Positions 8,679-17,217 of a DNA stretch of 38,707 nucleotides are shown piece after piece (positions within the stretch are counted from its first letter, which is position 1; each line of letters opens with the position of its first letter). Source of the stretch: a virus (lineage: Duplodnaviria > Heunggongvirae > Uroviricota > Caudoviricetes). The stretch covers positions 1 to 38,707 of IMG/VR virus record IMGVR_UViG_2529292997_000008; one strand, 5' to 3'. The position numbers and the translations under genes were made by a program. The notes below the pieces were generated by a model. That model did not search any database. It was given only the letters and a program-made list of their open reading frames with translations, and was not told the DNA's origin.

Positions 8679-8694
8679 AATCAATGTGTTAGCG

Positions 8695-8973
8695 ATGAGT
8701 GATTATCTAAAACCGCCGCCGCAACCACGAACAAAAGAGCAAGTATTAAAAGAAGCCCGCGATCAAATCGATCGCGGGCTTTTTTTATGCGGCACGGCAG
8801 CGGAACGGATGGCAAAAAGATTTAGTGACCTGTACGCAAAACAAATATGGTTCGACAACTGGCAGGCAAGTTTTTATCCGCTGCAAAGAAAACCGGATAT
8901 GCATTGGCCTGAATATGTCGATCCGCGTATGCGCAAATATCGCGGGCGTATGGGCCAGGTTATTAACGATTAA
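8695..8973 (+). CDS. hypothetical protein
   Basis: 92 aa from first ATG after ssb stop; co-directional compact operon. Confidence 0.5.
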   Translation: MSDYLKPPPQPRTKEQVLKEARDQIDRGLFLCGTAAERMAKRFSDLYAKQIWFDNWQASFYPLQRKPDMHWPEYVDPRMRKYRGRMGQVIND

Positions 8974-8987
8974 TGAGGTATTAAATC

Positions 8988-9212
8988 ATGATCGAAGATA
9001 AAGAAGTTGACAATGAAATTCCTGACGGCGCTGATGAACTTATCACTTTCGGTGGCGGGCTGTACGAGTTTGAAACGTCGGCTGGGTGGACGGATAAGTG
9101 GCCTTTCCCAACGCGCCAGGAATTAAGCGTTCGTAAATCATTTGGCGAAGATGCCGAACGGCTGGCTAATAACAAGTGGCTTAATAAGTTTATTGCGGAG
9201 GGTGGCAAATGA
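8988..9212 (+). CDS. hypothetical protein
   Basis: 74 aa; GAGG RBS. Confidence 0.5.
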   Translation: MIEDKEVDNEIPDGADELITFGGGLYEFETSAGWTDKWPFPTRQELSVRKSFGEDAERLANNKWLNKFIAEGGK

Positions 9213-9322
9213 ACCTTGCAAAAATTGCCGCATTGCTTGCGGCTTTGTCTATCGCTGTGCTGTATCTCAGCGCATCTCTTTATATCACGGCAGCGATCAT
9301 TAAACTCATTACTAACATGTGA
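9209..9322 (+). CDS. small hydrophobic peptide (37 aa)
   Basis: MNLAKIAALLAALSIAVLYLSASLYITAAIIKLITNM; GGAGGGTGG RBS; ATGA overlap with upstream stop. Confidence 0.4.
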   Translation: MNLAKIAALLAALSIAVLYLSASLYITAAIIKLITNM

Positions 9323-9330
9323 GGCCAATT

Positions 9331-9450
9331 ATGAAAGTCGGTAAGGATATTGTGACTGTCGCGTTTTGCATTATTTGCTTCCTGTTTGTGTTTGTTTCTT
9401 GTGGCGCATTTGCTGCGCTGGTTAGCTTTATTTTCAGAGGGTTGCTGTGA
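9331..9450 (+). CDS. small hydrophobic peptide (39 aa)
   Basis: MKVGKDIVTVAFCIICFLFVFVSCGAFAALVSFIFRGLL; GAGG RBS; stop overlaps next start. Confidence 0.4.
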   Translation: MKVGKDIVTVAFCIICFLFVFVSCGAFAALVSFIFRGLL

Positions 9451-9722
9451 TGAAAACATGGGATGCAAAGTCTGGTGATCTTGTCGTGTTGCCTGAATAT
9501 CGTGATGACCCTGGCCTGGTTGTACTGAATAAGATGTATAACGATCTCGAGCGCCCGCTAGTGGTTAAATACCTGGACGGAACAATCATCGAACCGCGCT
9601 ACTTTGATGATATTGAACTGAAGGCCCGCAATGTTCGCGTTAAGCCGTTCCGGGCTTATGCTGAAAACCACTGGCGGAAATTGTTCGCCGGACTGAATGG
9701 GATGTTCGGCGTATGGCTATAA
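9447..9722 (+). CDS. hypothetical protein
   Basis: 91 aa track ORF, overlapping start/stop with neighbours. Confidence 0.5.
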   Translation: MMKTWDAKSGDLVVLPEYRDDPGLVVLNKMYNDLERPLVVKYLDGTIIEPRYFDDIELKARNVRVKPFRAYAENHWRKLFAGLNGMFGVWL

Positions 9723-9904
9723 AATTGGTGAAAGTTAAAGATTTAAAAGGCGGCGAAAAGATCCGAACGTGGTATGGGTATAAATTTATCATAGCTGCCT
9801 TTTCTTTTGGGCCTGGTGGTCAGGTAACATTATTTGACGAGGAAGATGATGAGGTGGGTCAATGGCATCTTGAACAATATGTTGAGGTGTTAAATGAAAA
9901 TTAA
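9713..9904 (+). CDS. hypothetical protein
   Basis: 63 aa track ORF. Confidence 0.45.
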   Translation: MAIKLVKVKDLKGGEKIRTWYGYKFIIAAFSFGPGGQVTLFDEEDDEVGQWHLEQYVEVLNEN

Positions 9905-10226
9905 ATTCCATAAAGCATATGATAGCGAAACAAACAAGCTATCACTATTTATCGAATTCGAACGCCGGATCGTGGTTGTGCCCTGGGCGCGGCGCTTCAA
10001 TGACGCTGGCGGACGTAGACAATTCGCGGTCGATATGCTGTTACGCGGCTGCGGCCTTATGCGTCCGCTATCTGATTTAAAACGAATGATGCCGGGATCG
10101 TTCGGTCAGATTGATGAAATAGAAATAAGCCCGGAAGAACTGAAACGGGAGCGTGATTTATTCCTTTCAAGCGAAGGAAACCCGTTTAATTCAGAAACTG
10201 AAATGAAATGGCATCACCCACTATAA
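9894..10226 (+). CDS. hypothetical protein
   Basis: 110 aa track ORF. Confidence 0.5.
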   Translation: MKIKFHKAYDSETNKLSLFIEFERRIVVVPWARRFNDAGGRRQFAVDMLLRGCGLMRPLSDLKRMMPGSFGQIDEIEISPEELKRERDLFLSSEGNPFNSETEMKWHHPL

Positions 10227-10239
10227 AAGGATAAATATC

Positions 10240-10860
10240 ATGAACGACATCAAAACAGCTTACTCTCTCGGTAATGAAGGTATGTTGATCACTCGCTATA
10301 CAGATGATGCAAACTTTCACGAAGTGGAAATTAAAGATTATCACGAAGTATTGAAAGATATGGAAGCTGGCGCGTATGACGCTGATTTGAATCTGGCGCT
10401 ACAGGTTGTTGATATTGTGATGGGTGCGTCAATCCGCGATTACGTGTCTTTAAGTATGGAAGAAAAAACATCGGTAGCGCGTTATGTATTCTCTCTTACT
10501 TTTGTGAAGCGCATGGAGGAAGAATTCGGACGCGTACCAGTGCCGGAAGAGGTTGATCCGCTCGCGTTCGGAAGTGCTGTCATTTTCCCGTTGAACAAGG
10601 AACAGCTTGGTAGTGTTTCACTGCATTCTATGCGCGTCCTGATGAAAAATATCTTTGAGGTTAAGATGTTGCAGAAATGCATTGAGGAAGGCCACAAAGA
10701 GGAAGAAGTAAAAGCGCTCATGCCATTGTTTTACGGTGAAATGGTTGGCAATGATATGCGTGCAAATGATTTCGGCGTACAGGCGGCTATCGCTGTGCTT
10801 AATTACGCACGGAAAAACGCACAGCCGACGCCTGAACAGGGAAAACGTGTACTGCATTAA
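10240..10860 (+). CDS. hypothetical protein (206 aa)
   Basis: Long ORF with RBS; no motif recognised. Confidence 0.6.
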   Translation: MNDIKTAYSLGNEGMLITRYTDDANFHEVEIKDYHEVLKDMEAGAYDADLNLALQVVDIVMGASIRDYVSLSMEEKTSVARYVFSLTFVKRMEEEFGRVPVPEEVDPLAFGSAVIFPLNKEQLGSVSLHSMRVLMKNIFEVKMLQKCIEEGHKEEEVKALMPLFYGEMVGNDMRANDFGVQAAIAVLNYARKNAQPTPEQGKRVLH

Positions 10861-10959
10861 CCGAGTAATTCCGATCACATAAATATACATTTTGTATTGT
10901 GATTGTATATCCGTTTTGTAAGCCGAAATCAAAAGGTTTACGGTGCGGAGGAAGCAAAA

Positions 10960-11178
10960 ATGGAACGCGAATTGATGCTTTATTGCGTAGAAGGTGGCGT
11001 AGGTCACGATGCCTACGTCGCCGGGAAAGACTATCCAGCCGATGAAGTGCTTTCTAATATGCACTTCAGAGAAAATGAAAGCCAGGTGTCTGTGTGGAAA
11101 CGGTGTATTGATGGTATTGAGGTTGTAAGTATCGAACGGTATTTAGGCACGTTTGATTACGGTGTTATTGAGGCTTAA
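10960..11178 (+). CDS. hypothetical protein
   Basis: Track ORF 10903 trimmed to ATG with GGAGGAAG RBS; preceded by motif-bearing intergenic region. Confidence 0.45.
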   Translation: MERELMLYCVEGGVGHDAYVAGKDYPADEVLSNMHFRENESQVSVWKRCIDGIEVVSIERYLGTFDYGVIEA

Positions 11179-11180
11179 TT

Positions 11181-11273
11181 ATGGACGATACATTGTTTTA
11201 TATGTGCTGTTTCTGGGGTTTTATTGCCTTATACCTGTTTATCAGGTGGTTTATTGAATACCATATGAGGTAA
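11181..11273 (+). CDS. small hydrophobic peptide (30 aa)
   Basis: MDDTLFYMCCFWGFIALYLFIRWFIEYHMR; GAGG RBS. Confidence 0.3.
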   Translation: MDDTLFYMCCFWGFIALYLFIRWFIEYHMR

Positions 11274-11276
11274 TGT

Positions 11277-11471
11277 ATGGAACAAGAAACTGATTATCGA
11301 ATACCTGATAGCCTAAAATTAGTTGGCATTGGTTTCGGGTGTAGATTTGTATCTGACGCAAAAGGAGCGATTTATTTAATACGTCTTATTGATGGCGTTC
11401 AACATATAAGGAGATTAGGAATTTACATCAAAGCATTCAGAAGAGGTTATTTAAAAACTCATGAAATTTAA
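11277..11471 (+). CDS. hypothetical protein
   Basis: 64 aa track ORF. Confidence 0.45.
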   Translation: MEQETDYRIPDSLKLVGIGFGCRFVSDAKGAIYLIRLIDGVQHIRRLGIYIKAFRRGYLKTHEI

Positions 11472-11664
11472 ACATTACATGGAATGGAAAATTCCAGAAG
11501 CAGCAACAAAGGCAGCGCCAGGAAATTTTTCTGGCGTTTATTTTTATATGGATGGCAAATGGTATTTCGGCAGCAGGCCGGATCACTACTATCAAGAAAT
11601 ATGCAAGCCTCACGTATGGGATATTAAAGAGCGCGTGAAAGGCGGGGTAATTGAGGACGTTTAA
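11461..11664 (+). CDS. hypothetical protein
   Basis: 67 aa track ORF. Confidence 0.45.
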   Translation: MKFKHYMEWKIPEAATKAAPGNFSGVYFYMDGKWYFGSRPDHYYQEICKPHVWDIKERVKGGVIEDV

Positions 11665-11665
11665 A

Positions 11666-11902
11666 ATGCTTAAGAGCTTTTTTAACTGGTTGGGGGCGTG
11701 GCTTTTGGCTACGCTTTTTGTTTTCCTGGCGGCCCTGACTGTTATCGGTGTTATTATGCTGGGGGCTATGTTTATTACGTGGTCGCTTCCTGAATTTAAC
11801 GACATTGGGAATATTCTTTTTGCAGCCCGCGCTTTATTGGCTGTTAGCGCATTCATTGGTTTTTGCTGGACTGCCGCGCCGGATTGGACTGACACATGGT
11901 GA
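11666..11902 (+). CDS. membrane protein (2 predicted TM helices)
   Basis: Track ORF trimmed to ATG after GAGGA RBS; hydrophobic segments. Confidence 0.5.
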   Translation: MLKSFFNWLGAWLLATLFVFLAALTVIGVIMLGAMFITWSLPEFNDIGNILFAARALLAVSAFIGFCWTAAPDWTDTW

Positions 11903-11906
11903 TCCT

Positions 11907-12140
11907 ATGGCCTTATTCAATATGTCAGAGCCGCAATTTAACGCCGTAAAGACTGCCGCCCGCGCCGCGCTTTCGGCCTGCAAAGCGGAGGTAGAGAAGA
12001 ACGGCTACAGCGATAAAGCCACGCGGCTGATACTCGACAAGCATTATCGCAAGGTCGCCCCGCTAATCAGCATTGAGCGTTTTGTGTGGTTGGTGGGGTA
12101 TCTGAATAACCGCTGGGGGACGGAGCAGGATTATTTCTAA
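11907..12140 (+). CDS. hypothetical protein
   Basis: Track ORF 11748 trimmed to in-frame ATG after previous stop. Confidence 0.45.
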   Translation: MALFNMSEPQFNAVKTAARAALSACKAEVEKNGYSDKATRLILDKHYRKVAPLISIERFVWLVGYLNNRWGTEQDYF

Positions 12141-12150
12141 GGGGGACGCA

Positions 12151-12690
12151 ATGAAAAATGATTACGGCGGCAGTCATACGCCGAAAGAAATAAAAGACCT
12201 ATGGCAGACGCCGAAACCTGTTTTTAGAGGAATGGATCGGGAATTCGAATTCGTCGCGGACGTGGCGGCAAACAAGGCAAATGCATTAGTTCCGCGATAT
12301 ATAACCGAAGAAATGAACACGCTTAATTACCCGTGGGGAGCGGTGGCGATGCCTGGTGAATATGTCTGGATGAATCCACCATATTCTAATCCGGGACCAT
12401 TCGTTGATAAGGCGGCGTTTGAACACCACCGAAATCATATTGGCTGTGTAATGTTATTGCCAGCCGACACTTCTGTTAGTTGGTTTATGAACGGCGTGGA
12501 GACGGCAAATGAATGCCGATTAATCACGCGCGGGCGGCTGGCGTTTATTAATGCCGCGACGGGTAAACCAGCAAGCGGAAACAATAAGGGGAGCTTGTTC
12601 TTGATCTGGCATCCACGGTGCAGACATGAATGTATTTTCACGCAGATAACACGTAAAGAGCTATATGCAAGAGGTGCAGATAATGACTAA
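12151..12690 (+). CDS. DNA N6-adenine methyltransferase, phage Dam family
   Basis: 179 aa; catalytic NPPY motif (WMNPPYSNPGPF); size and layout typical of small phage Dam-family enzymes. Confidence 0.75.
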   Translation: MKNDYGGSHTPKEIKDLWQTPKPVFRGMDREFEFVADVAANKANALVPRYITEEMNTLNYPWGAVAMPGEYVWMNPPYSNPGPFVDKAAFEHHRNHIGCVMLLPADTSVSWFMNGVETANECRLITRGRLAFINAATGKPASGNNKGSLFLIWHPRCRHECIFTQITRKELYARGADND

Positions 12691-13015
12691 GGCAGCAGAT
12701 TTATTGAGACTTGCAGCGGAAACCATAGAGCAAAGAGGTAAACAAAACGGCTACGACAAAAAAGAGGAAAAATCAGCGCCAAAAATAGCCACTATTTACA
12801 ACGCTAAGAAGGGAGCAGATTTAACCCCGCTTGATGTATGGGATCTGCTAATTTGTCTCAAGGAGGCGCGTTTAGAGGCCATTTTAAGCAATAAATCAGA
12901 TCCGACAGACACGCTAATTGATTTGATTAGCTATAACGCGCTAAAAGCGGAGCAAATATTAACGGAGCGGGAGGAAGCACAAAGAAAGAAACGGGCTGTT
13001 TTGATATACCGTTAA
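12683..13015 (+). CDS. hypothetical protein
   Basis: Track ORF 12665 trimmed to ATG after AGAGGTG RBS; overlaps methyltransferase stop. Confidence 0.5.
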   Translation: MTKAADLLRLAAETIEQRGKQNGYDKKEEKSAPKIATIYNAKKGADLTPLDVWDLLICLKEARLEAILSNKSDPTDTLIDLISYNALKAEQILTEREEAQRKKRAVLIYR

Positions 13016-13153
13016 ATTGCGGCTGTAAGAATGCCTCAATACCAGGCGACTTAATCGCCAGCAGCAAGGTAACGCTAAATAGTGTCCTTGCAAACAGGCT
13101 TGATGGTAAGTGTGATAACGAATCACTACTACGCGCGGCGGGGTATCATAAAA

Positions 13154-13657
13154 ATGGAAAGGGTGACAATTGACAGGTTATTGGCCTGCATTTATGTCGC
13201 CGTTTTCGTGATCATTAACCTTATTGTTAACCACTGCGGCCCGTGGGTAATTCCGATCACCACGGTAGCCGCCGTGTGCGTCAATATGATGATCCGTGAC
13301 TTCCTGTTATATGACGGCGGCCTGAAATGGTCGGCTACAACATGCGCCGCCGCTGGCGCAATCACGGTGCTGATAAACTACGATGCCGGGATGGTGGCGA
13401 TCGCGTCATTCGTCGCGGTTGTTTCCGGTGCGCTTATTTCTGGCGGTGTTTACCGGATTTTACCTGGCGATTTCGATTCAAAACGCTGGCCTGCGAATAT
13501 AGCGTCCGCCATTGGTGATGCGTTAATTTTTCCCACGCTATCGTTTATGGCATTTATGCCGGAAATATCAGCTATGCAATTCATCTCAAAAATGGCGGCT
13601 GTAACGGTGATCACTATCATCATTCGTCGCTATTTTACGTTCGAGGGTAGGAAATGA
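13154..13657 (+). CDS. polytopic membrane protein, possibly YhhQ/VUT-like transporter
   Basis: 167 aa, about 5 hydrophobic helices; loose resemblance to YhhQ from memory only, unverified. Confidence 0.45.
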   Translation: MERVTIDRLLACIYVAVFVIINLIVNHCGPWVIPITTVAAVCVNMMIRDFLLYDGGLKWSATTCAAAGAITVLINYDAGMVAIASFVAVVSGALISGGVYRILPGDFDSKRWPANIASAIGDALIFPTLSFMAFMPEISAMQFISKMAAVTVITIIIRRYFTFEGRK

Positions 13658-14418
13658 GTGGGCTTAGAAATTGGGTGGTGTGGTCGCTGTACGACGGCAG
13701 CGGGTACGCCGTTAAAGATTGGGCCGACGCTGGCTATAAGTGTTATTGTTTCAATTATGACGGCGCTAATCATGGCGATTATGAAGGCGTCAAGATCATT
13801 CATCCTAACATTGAATATGTCAACGTATGGATTGACAGCCATTTCCTGGTAATGTTCTCCCCTGAATTGTCTGTTTATCCAGATCCTGACATTATCCTGG
13901 GCTTTCCTCCGTGCGACGATCTTGCGGTGTCCGGCGCTCGTTGGTTTTCAAGCAAGCGTGAAAAAGATCCTTACTTCCAGCAGAAGGCGGCATACAACGC
14001 AAAACTGGTAGAAACGCTTGCTGACATGTACCACGTCCCGTGGATGGTGGAAAACCCGGTTGGAGCACTGTCAACGTTATGGCGTAAGCCGGATTTCATT
14101 TTTAATCCGTGCGCTTACGGTGGCTACCTGCCGGAAGATGATAAGCATCCAGCTTTCCCGGAATACATCGCCGACCGCGACGCCTACACGAAGAAAACTT
14201 GTATCTGGTGCGGCAACGGATTTAAACAGCCGCTATTTCGGCCTGTACCAATGCCTGATGAGTGGGAAGATAGTAAGCAGCACGCGAAGTTAGGCTGGAA
14301 GTCGAAGCGCACTAAGATGATCCGCTCACTCACGCCGCGAGGATTCGCCCGTGCTGTATTCCTGGCTAATGACCGGGCAATCACGCGGACTACTCTTAAC
14401 CGCGTTTTACCGGATTGA
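13654..14418 (+). CDS. compact C5-cytosine methyltransferase-like protein with PCD variant of motif IV
   Basis: 254 aa; motif I-like LYDGSGYA, motif IV GFPPCDD (PC then D instead of Q), motif VI MVENPVG; ATGA overlap with upstream gene. Confidence 0.55.
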   Translation: MSGLRNWVVWSLYDGSGYAVKDWADAGYKCYCFNYDGANHGDYEGVKIIHPNIEYVNVWIDSHFLVMFSPELSVYPDPDIILGFPPCDDLAVSGARWFSSKREKDPYFQQKAAYNAKLVETLADMYHVPWMVENPVGALSTLWRKPDFIFNPCAYGGYLPEDDKHPAFPEYIADRDAYTKKTCIWCGNGFKQPLFRPVPMPDEWEDSKQHAKLGWKSKRTKMIRSLTPRGFARAVFLANDRAITRTTLNRVLPD

Positions 14419-14440
14419 TGTTTACAAAATGGCGTCATTG

Positions 14441-14456
14441 TGTGATGCGGATCACA
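14441..14456. promoter_or_regulatory. CRP-type palindrome TGTGATGCGGATCACA
   Basis: Perfect TGTGA-N6-TCACA, lying between inverted TACAAAATGG motif copies in the 160-bp intergenic region. Confidence 0.4.
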
Positions 14457-14578
14457 TAATGGCGCTTTATTGTTTGTTCGCATGTATCCGTTTTGTATAC
14501 TTCAAACAAACAAAATGCTCTTTAAAAATCCGGTAACGCTGAAATGCGTAAAAATCACCTGAAAAAGGAGAGAGCATT

Positions 14579-14755
14579 ATGTCTTTTGAGAATTACCAAT
14601 GGCATGACGACTATGAACGGGAAAGTGTCATGCGTGCAATGTGCAGTGTATGCAGCACGAAGAAGGGAGAATGTAACGAGTGCAACGAATGCGTAGATCG
14701 CTTGCTAAGGGCTGGACACGCCGAAAGGCTGAACGAAACAGAGAATCAAGAATAA
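14579..14755 (+). CDS. small Cys-rich protein (58 aa)
   Basis: AAGGAGAGAG RBS; CSVCS and CNECNEC motifs; overlaps ninG start region. Confidence 0.35.
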   Translation: MSFENYQWHDDYERESVMRAMCSVCSTKKGECNECNECVDRLLRAGHAERLNETENQE

Positions 14756-14769
14756 TCGGGGTGGTTTTT

Positions 14770-15375
14770 ATGCAAAACCCTAAGAAACCAATAAGACGCC
14801 GTTGCAAATGCTGCGGCGTTTTTTTTGAGCCTAAATATCACAATCAAACGTGGTGCAGCGATGAATGTCTGGAAGAACTGAAGTTTGACCAGCTATGCCG
14901 CGACCGTGAGAAGGCTATGAAGGCTATGGAGCGGAAGAAACGCCGTGATAGCCAGAGGGAAGAACGCAACCGGAAGCGTAAACAGTTAAATCCGCGTAGT
15001 TATTGGATCAAACAAGTTCAAAATGTATTTAACGCCTATATTCGCGAACGTGACGCGCGCTTGCCGTGTATATCTTGCGGGACTTACTACGGTGAGCAAT
15101 GCGGGTGGGATGCAGGTCATTACAGGACGGTAGCCGCCGCCGGACACCTTCGCTTCAACGAGGATAATTGCCATAAGCAATGTAGGCACTGCAACCAGAC
15201 ACTAGACGGCAGCATCGGAGGGTATCGCCCGGCACTGATTCGAAAAATTGGCCTCGCAAGGGTGGTAGCACTGGAAAACAACAATGATACGCATAAATGG
15301 ACGATCGCAGAATGTAAGGAGCTAATAAACATCTATCAGGCGAAATTGGACGCCTTAAGGAGAAAGGCAGCATGA
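14770..15375 (+). CDS. ninG: NinG/Rap-family recombination protein
   Basis: Track ORF trimmed to MQNPKKPIRRRCKCCG; strong match to lambda NinG core (RSYWIKQ..ERD..LPCISCGT..WDAGHYRT.AAA..LRFNE.N.HKQC..CNQ). Confidence 0.85.
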   Translation: MQNPKKPIRRRCKCCGVFFEPKYHNQTWCSDECLEELKFDQLCRDREKAMKAMERKKRRDSQREERNRKRKQLNPRSYWIKQVQNVFNAYIRERDARLPCISCGTYYGEQCGWDAGHYRTVAAAGHLRFNEDNCHKQCRHCNQTLDGSIGGYRPALIRKIGLARVVALENNNDTHKWTIAECKELINIYQAKLDALRRKAA

Positions 15376-15779
15376 ATGAATATACTTTTAGCCTGCCTTA
15401 CCCGCCATCGAATAACCGCTATTACCGACATTCACGGGGTTTTCACTATATCAGCGAAGTGGGGAAGGAATACCGGGAACAAGTAAAAGACATCATCGAA
15501 TTATTAAATCTAGACATTAACCTGTCTTGCCGACTGGCAATCGCCATTTATGCCGCGCCGCCTGATAACCGGACCAGGGATCTTGATAATATCCCTAAAT
15601 GCCTATTTGACAGCCTTACTTATGCCGGATTTTGGAAAGATGATGGACAAATTGACTCAATAAAAATTGTCCGCTGCCGGAAGGTAAAAGGCGGACGCTT
15701 GTTTATTAAGATCCGCGAACGCGGCGACCTACTACCGGATATTGACGAATACGCGACTAATATGTGGGGTGAGCAATGA
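15372..15779 (+). CDS. rusA: RusA-family Holliday junction resolvase
   Basis: 135 aa; LPYPPSNNRYYRH, RDLDN, GGRL motifs as in E. coli RusA; ATGA overlap. Confidence 0.9.
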   Translation: MNEYTFSLPYPPSNNRYYRHSRGFHYISEVGKEYREQVKDIIELLNLDINLSCRLAIAIYAAPPDNRTRDLDNIPKCLFDSLTYAGFWKDDGQIDSIKIVRCRKVKGGRLFIKIRERGDLLPDIDEYATNMWGEQ

Positions 15780-15958
15780 AAAACGAAGTTAAAGATCTGC
15801 AAATAGATATTCAGCGCGATGAGCATGATTTAGCTACAGTCCGACAAATCCGGGCTTTTCATATGCGCGAATTGCTTGCATTGAAAGAGCTTGAGAAAAA
15901 GTTAGTCCAGTCTATTTCTGATCGTAAACAACTTATTGCTCGTTACGGGGGGAAATAA
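15776..15958 (+). CDS. hypothetical protein
   Basis: 60 aa; overlapping start/stop. Confidence 0.5.
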   Translation: MKNEVKDLQIDIQRDEHDLATVRQIRAFHMRELLALKELEKKLVQSISDRKQLIARYGGK

Positions 15959-16680
15959 TGAATTTAGAATCCATTCTGAAATTCCACTTTCCCAAATCAC
16001 CGCGATTATCAGACGAAAGCCGGGGCACATCCCCGGATGCGCTTAATACGACTGATGCGCTAACCGCTGCAGGTATGGCGCAATCGCGCGTAGAGCTTGG
16101 TTACAGCGCTTTTTTAGGGAAGATGGAACTATCGCAAGCCGAAAAACACAGGGCCGTAGTTTTGCTTACAGAGCGTTTAAGAGCTATGGCAAAAGATTAC
16201 GAATACGTCATGGAGCTGGACGAGGACAAACGCAATGATCTTATTATTCTTGTTGCCGTTTTCGCGTTTCGGGATTACTGCCAGAGTGCCGCGACAGAAA
16301 AAACTTGTATGGATTGCGGCGGATATAAATTTACGTTTGACGACTACGGAGAAAAACACCTTTGCAAAAAATGCAAGGGGCATGGAAAAGTTCGCAATCA
16401 TTGTAAACGATGCAAAGGGCGCGGCGAGATACCGGATAAAGCAGCCAGTGAAGCAGCGGAAATGCCAGTGTTCAAAACGTGCCAGCATTGCGGCGGGCGC
16501 GGGTACTCGCGTTTCCCTGTAGATCTTGTCCGGCGTGCGGTTAATCAGCTTGTATTTCCGGTAAGCCGATCAACATGGTGGAAAAAATACCGGGTTTTCT
16601 ATGAAGACGCCATCGCTGAATTGTTCAAGGAAGAGGCGCGGGCTGATAACGAAATTAAACGAGTTACGCGGGGTGAATGA
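15958..16680 (+). CDS. Cys-rich protein with four CxxCxGxG repeats; possible Q-type late antiterminator
   Basis: 240 aa; CMDCGGYK, CKKCKGHGK, CKRCKGRGE, CQHCGGRGY; sits after ninG-rusA where Q normally lies; function uncertain. Confidence 0.4.
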   Translation: MNLESILKFHFPKSPRLSDESRGTSPDALNTTDALTAAGMAQSRVELGYSAFLGKMELSQAEKHRAVVLLTERLRAMAKDYEYVMELDEDKRNDLIILVAVFAFRDYCQSAATEKTCMDCGGYKFTFDDYGEKHLCKKCKGHGKVRNHCKRCKGRGEIPDKAASEAAEMPVFKTCQHCGGRGYSRFPVDLVRRAVNQLVFPVSRSTWWKKYRVFYEDAIAELFKEEARADNEIKRVTRGE

Positions 16681-16883
16681 TGGATAAACTGGAAATAAAC
16701 GATCAGTTTGCCGTTATCTTGTTCGAAGATAAAACAGGCGGCGCATGGTGTAAGAAAGTCACTGGTGCTGAAGCACGCTTAATATTGGGTATGGCAAGCG
16801 CGTTAAATGATGGCGAATTGCCAGCCGTGCCAATTAAGCCAGTACATATTTACGGACGGAGTAACGACAATGAAAATACTTAA
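16677..16883 (+). CDS. hypothetical protein
   Basis: 68 aa track ORF. Confidence 0.45.
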   Translation: MMDKLEINDQFAVILFEDKTGGAWCKKVTGAEARLILGMASALNDGELPAVPIKPVHIYGRSNDNENT

Positions 16884-17217
16884 CATTGGGTGGCTGTATT
16901 GCGAAAACTGCGACGACGATGGCATGGTCGTAAAAACCGAAAAAGGTTGCGGCCTCATGCTGTATCAAGGTGATAAATTCGTTTGTCCTCGCTGCGGCGG
17001 CGGTGGTGAGATAGAAATTGTTAATGATATTGCTACAGCATATAAGCCATCTCGCATTGCCCTTGATGAAAAAATAAAAATTCATCCTTATTTATTACAG
17101 CAAATTATCGATCACGTATCGGCAGCCGCAATCTATAGCGGTAACAATTATCAGCGAGAAATGAACGTCAAACGTGCGATTGAGCAGTATTTCGAAGGTG
17201 ACGACAATGAAGCCTAA
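16870..17217 (+). CDS. zinc-ribbon protein
   Basis: Track ORF trimmed to ATG after GGAG RBS; CENC..(N)..CPRCGG motif. Confidence 0.5.
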   Translation: MKILNIGWLYCENCDDDGMVVKTEKGCGLMLYQGDKFVCPRCGGGGEIEIVNDIATAYKPSRIALDEKIKIHPYLLQQIIDHVSAAAIYSGNNYQREMNVKRAIEQYFEGDDNEA

